Source: Eimeria praecox (lineage: Eukaryota). Taken from it: a stretch of DNA of 64,000 bases. A program made the position numbers and the translations under genes. This document shows positions 62,540 to 64,000 of this stretch, piece by piece. Each line of letters starts with the position of its first letter. Within the stretch, counting starts at the first letter, position 1. The stretch spans positions 3,410,001-3,474,000 of the forward strand of contig OY986950.1 of assembly GCA_963920595.1 (NCBI GenBank), read 5' to 3'. The notes under the pieces were generated by a model. It saw only the letters and a list, made by a program, of their open reading frames with translations, ran no database searches and was not told where the DNA came from.

Positions 62540-63760
62540 ACAGGACGCCGCGCAAGTACTCCTATACATGCCGGTTGACCGCATGCACGCCTTACATGTA
62601 CACAACCACCCACCCCTCGTTTGTTGGGACCGAGATGTCGTCAATGGCCTGCCACTGCAGCTGTTTATAACTATTAACGGGCCTCAATCATATAGACGTG
62701 TACAATAATTCGCGAGTGCGGATACGGGGCACAGTATGTACTGAGCAACGGAGGAACGGTTCAACGAAATCACATCAATAGTACAGTGTTGAACTTGCTG
62801 GCGGCTAAGCACTTAGTCTGCCTGGAGTATCCGAAACATTTCTTTCAGCGTGATTTTGTTCAGGAGCTTGAAACCCTCTCACCTGCTCCTCCTTTTTTCT
62901 TCTGCCTCGCGATCCCCAGATTGTGTCCAAGCGCGCCAATTGGCACCCAGGCTTTGCCTTTTCTTAGCAGCTCGCCTTCGTCCCCCCCAAATTCCTCGAC
63001 ACGATGAGTGGGCCCCCTGTGCCTAGGAACAAAGCTTGGAACTTTTATGGGAGCGAGCTCGATGCGTTCTGTCTGGTGTCCAGAGGCTAGGCTACCTATG
63101 AGCGTTTCTTCTGGACTACGTCTGGAAAGCTTTCCTTCAAATGTGCGCACTTCGGTTGTTCGTTAGGTATTGAATGGACCCAATCTCGCAAAGCTGCCCT
63201 CTTCATAAGGGCACCGCGAAGGGGAGCATTCGTTCCTCTTCCGTTACCTGAAGTGACTCTGCACTAGACAAGTGCCTCCTTGCTCCTGTCTGTTTGGGGC
63301 ATTGATTCCATTCCCGGTACCGTAGAAGATGTAAAGGCCTTTGCGAGCAATGCCTTTGTGAACAATGCGACGTGCACTGTCACACTGAATGCCGAAATAT
63401 GGGCCTCAATTGTGTCGTCTGGGGGCTGCATGCGGGCACTCCACTGGCTCATCCACGGGATGCGAACGATGATGCCATGGTGAAGCAATTCATGGCAATA
63501 CGATCCACTGCTGAACTGAGACCTCACTTTTCACCCTTAATTGCATCTATCCTCGTGCCCTGTTTGCCATCCGCGAAGCGGAGTTGCAGAGACTGCCATA
63601 CAGAATAGAATGGTAAGTTTCACCATTCTACTCTGTATGGCAGTCTCTGCCATACACAAGTGAATATGGTACCTGGTGTCACCTTGCCGTGACTCCAGGT
63701 ACCATATTCACTTGTGAACAGGTGTCAAGTAAAGCCAGCAGCCCTTAAACACTAATACGA
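62540..63760 (-). mobile_element. Second decayed Ty3/gypsy remnant (protease-RT), convergent with the previous one
   Basis: LALLDTCSQVNMV (DTG-like site), LRFADGK, HGIIVRIPWM and ERIELAP..PRHR..ELLRKGK..GHNLGIARQKKKG; the last parallels the RT remnant at 31.6 kb. Confidence 0.75.
63586..63716. repeat. Two adjacent hairpins: 63586-63650 (29-bp stem, 1 mismatch, 7-nt loop) and 63655-63716 (28-bp stem, 1 mismatch, 6-nt loop)
   Basis: Arms checked base by base. Confidence 0.95.
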
Positions 63761-64000
63761 ACATGGATAAGAACAGATTCGACTCGAGAAGAATCTGCAG
63801 GTGCCGCTGTCATCTATTCCCGCTCCATTACTGCGCTTCATGCAGCTTCTGGGCCAAGGCCTTTCCCCGATCGTTTTGGACTTTTCCTTGGTGACACTGC
63901 TAGACGTCTTGCCTCTCCAGCCCTTTGCCCCTTTTCATGGGGCTACAACCTCGAATTATGTGGCTTCTGTGGCTAGAAAGGGAGCACATATGCCTATCCG

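Overview
Eukaryotic, intron-rich DNA with the hallmarks of a coccidian (Eimeria-like) apicomplexan genome: CAG/TGC runs encoding homopolymers, TGCATGCA, interstitial AAACCCT telomere-like repeats, and (TA)n and (AGCT)n tracts. A repeat-rich segment (1-~27.7 kb) carries a GLTSCR1-like gene (5' end outside the window), a large multi-exon coiled-coil gene, an RD/QHE low-complexity gene, CKS1, a Y-family DNA polymerase iota-like gene and U1A/U2B''. A repeat-poor segment follows. It holds six identical tRNA-Lys(UUU) genes in ~600-bp tandem units whose spacer looks derived from a Ty3/gypsy gag, a decayed gypsy gag-pol splitting that array, a secreted PEBP-like gene, ECM29 head-to-head with a DTW-domain gene, a membrane-anchored alpha/beta hydrolase, and two convergent decayed gypsy pol remnants. 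The most striking observations are the tRNA/gag chimeric array, a twin fold-back insertion inside a dead retropepsin (63586-63716) and a perfect 54-bp inverted repeat (35689-35882). All family calls come from motif recognition by eye; no searches were run.
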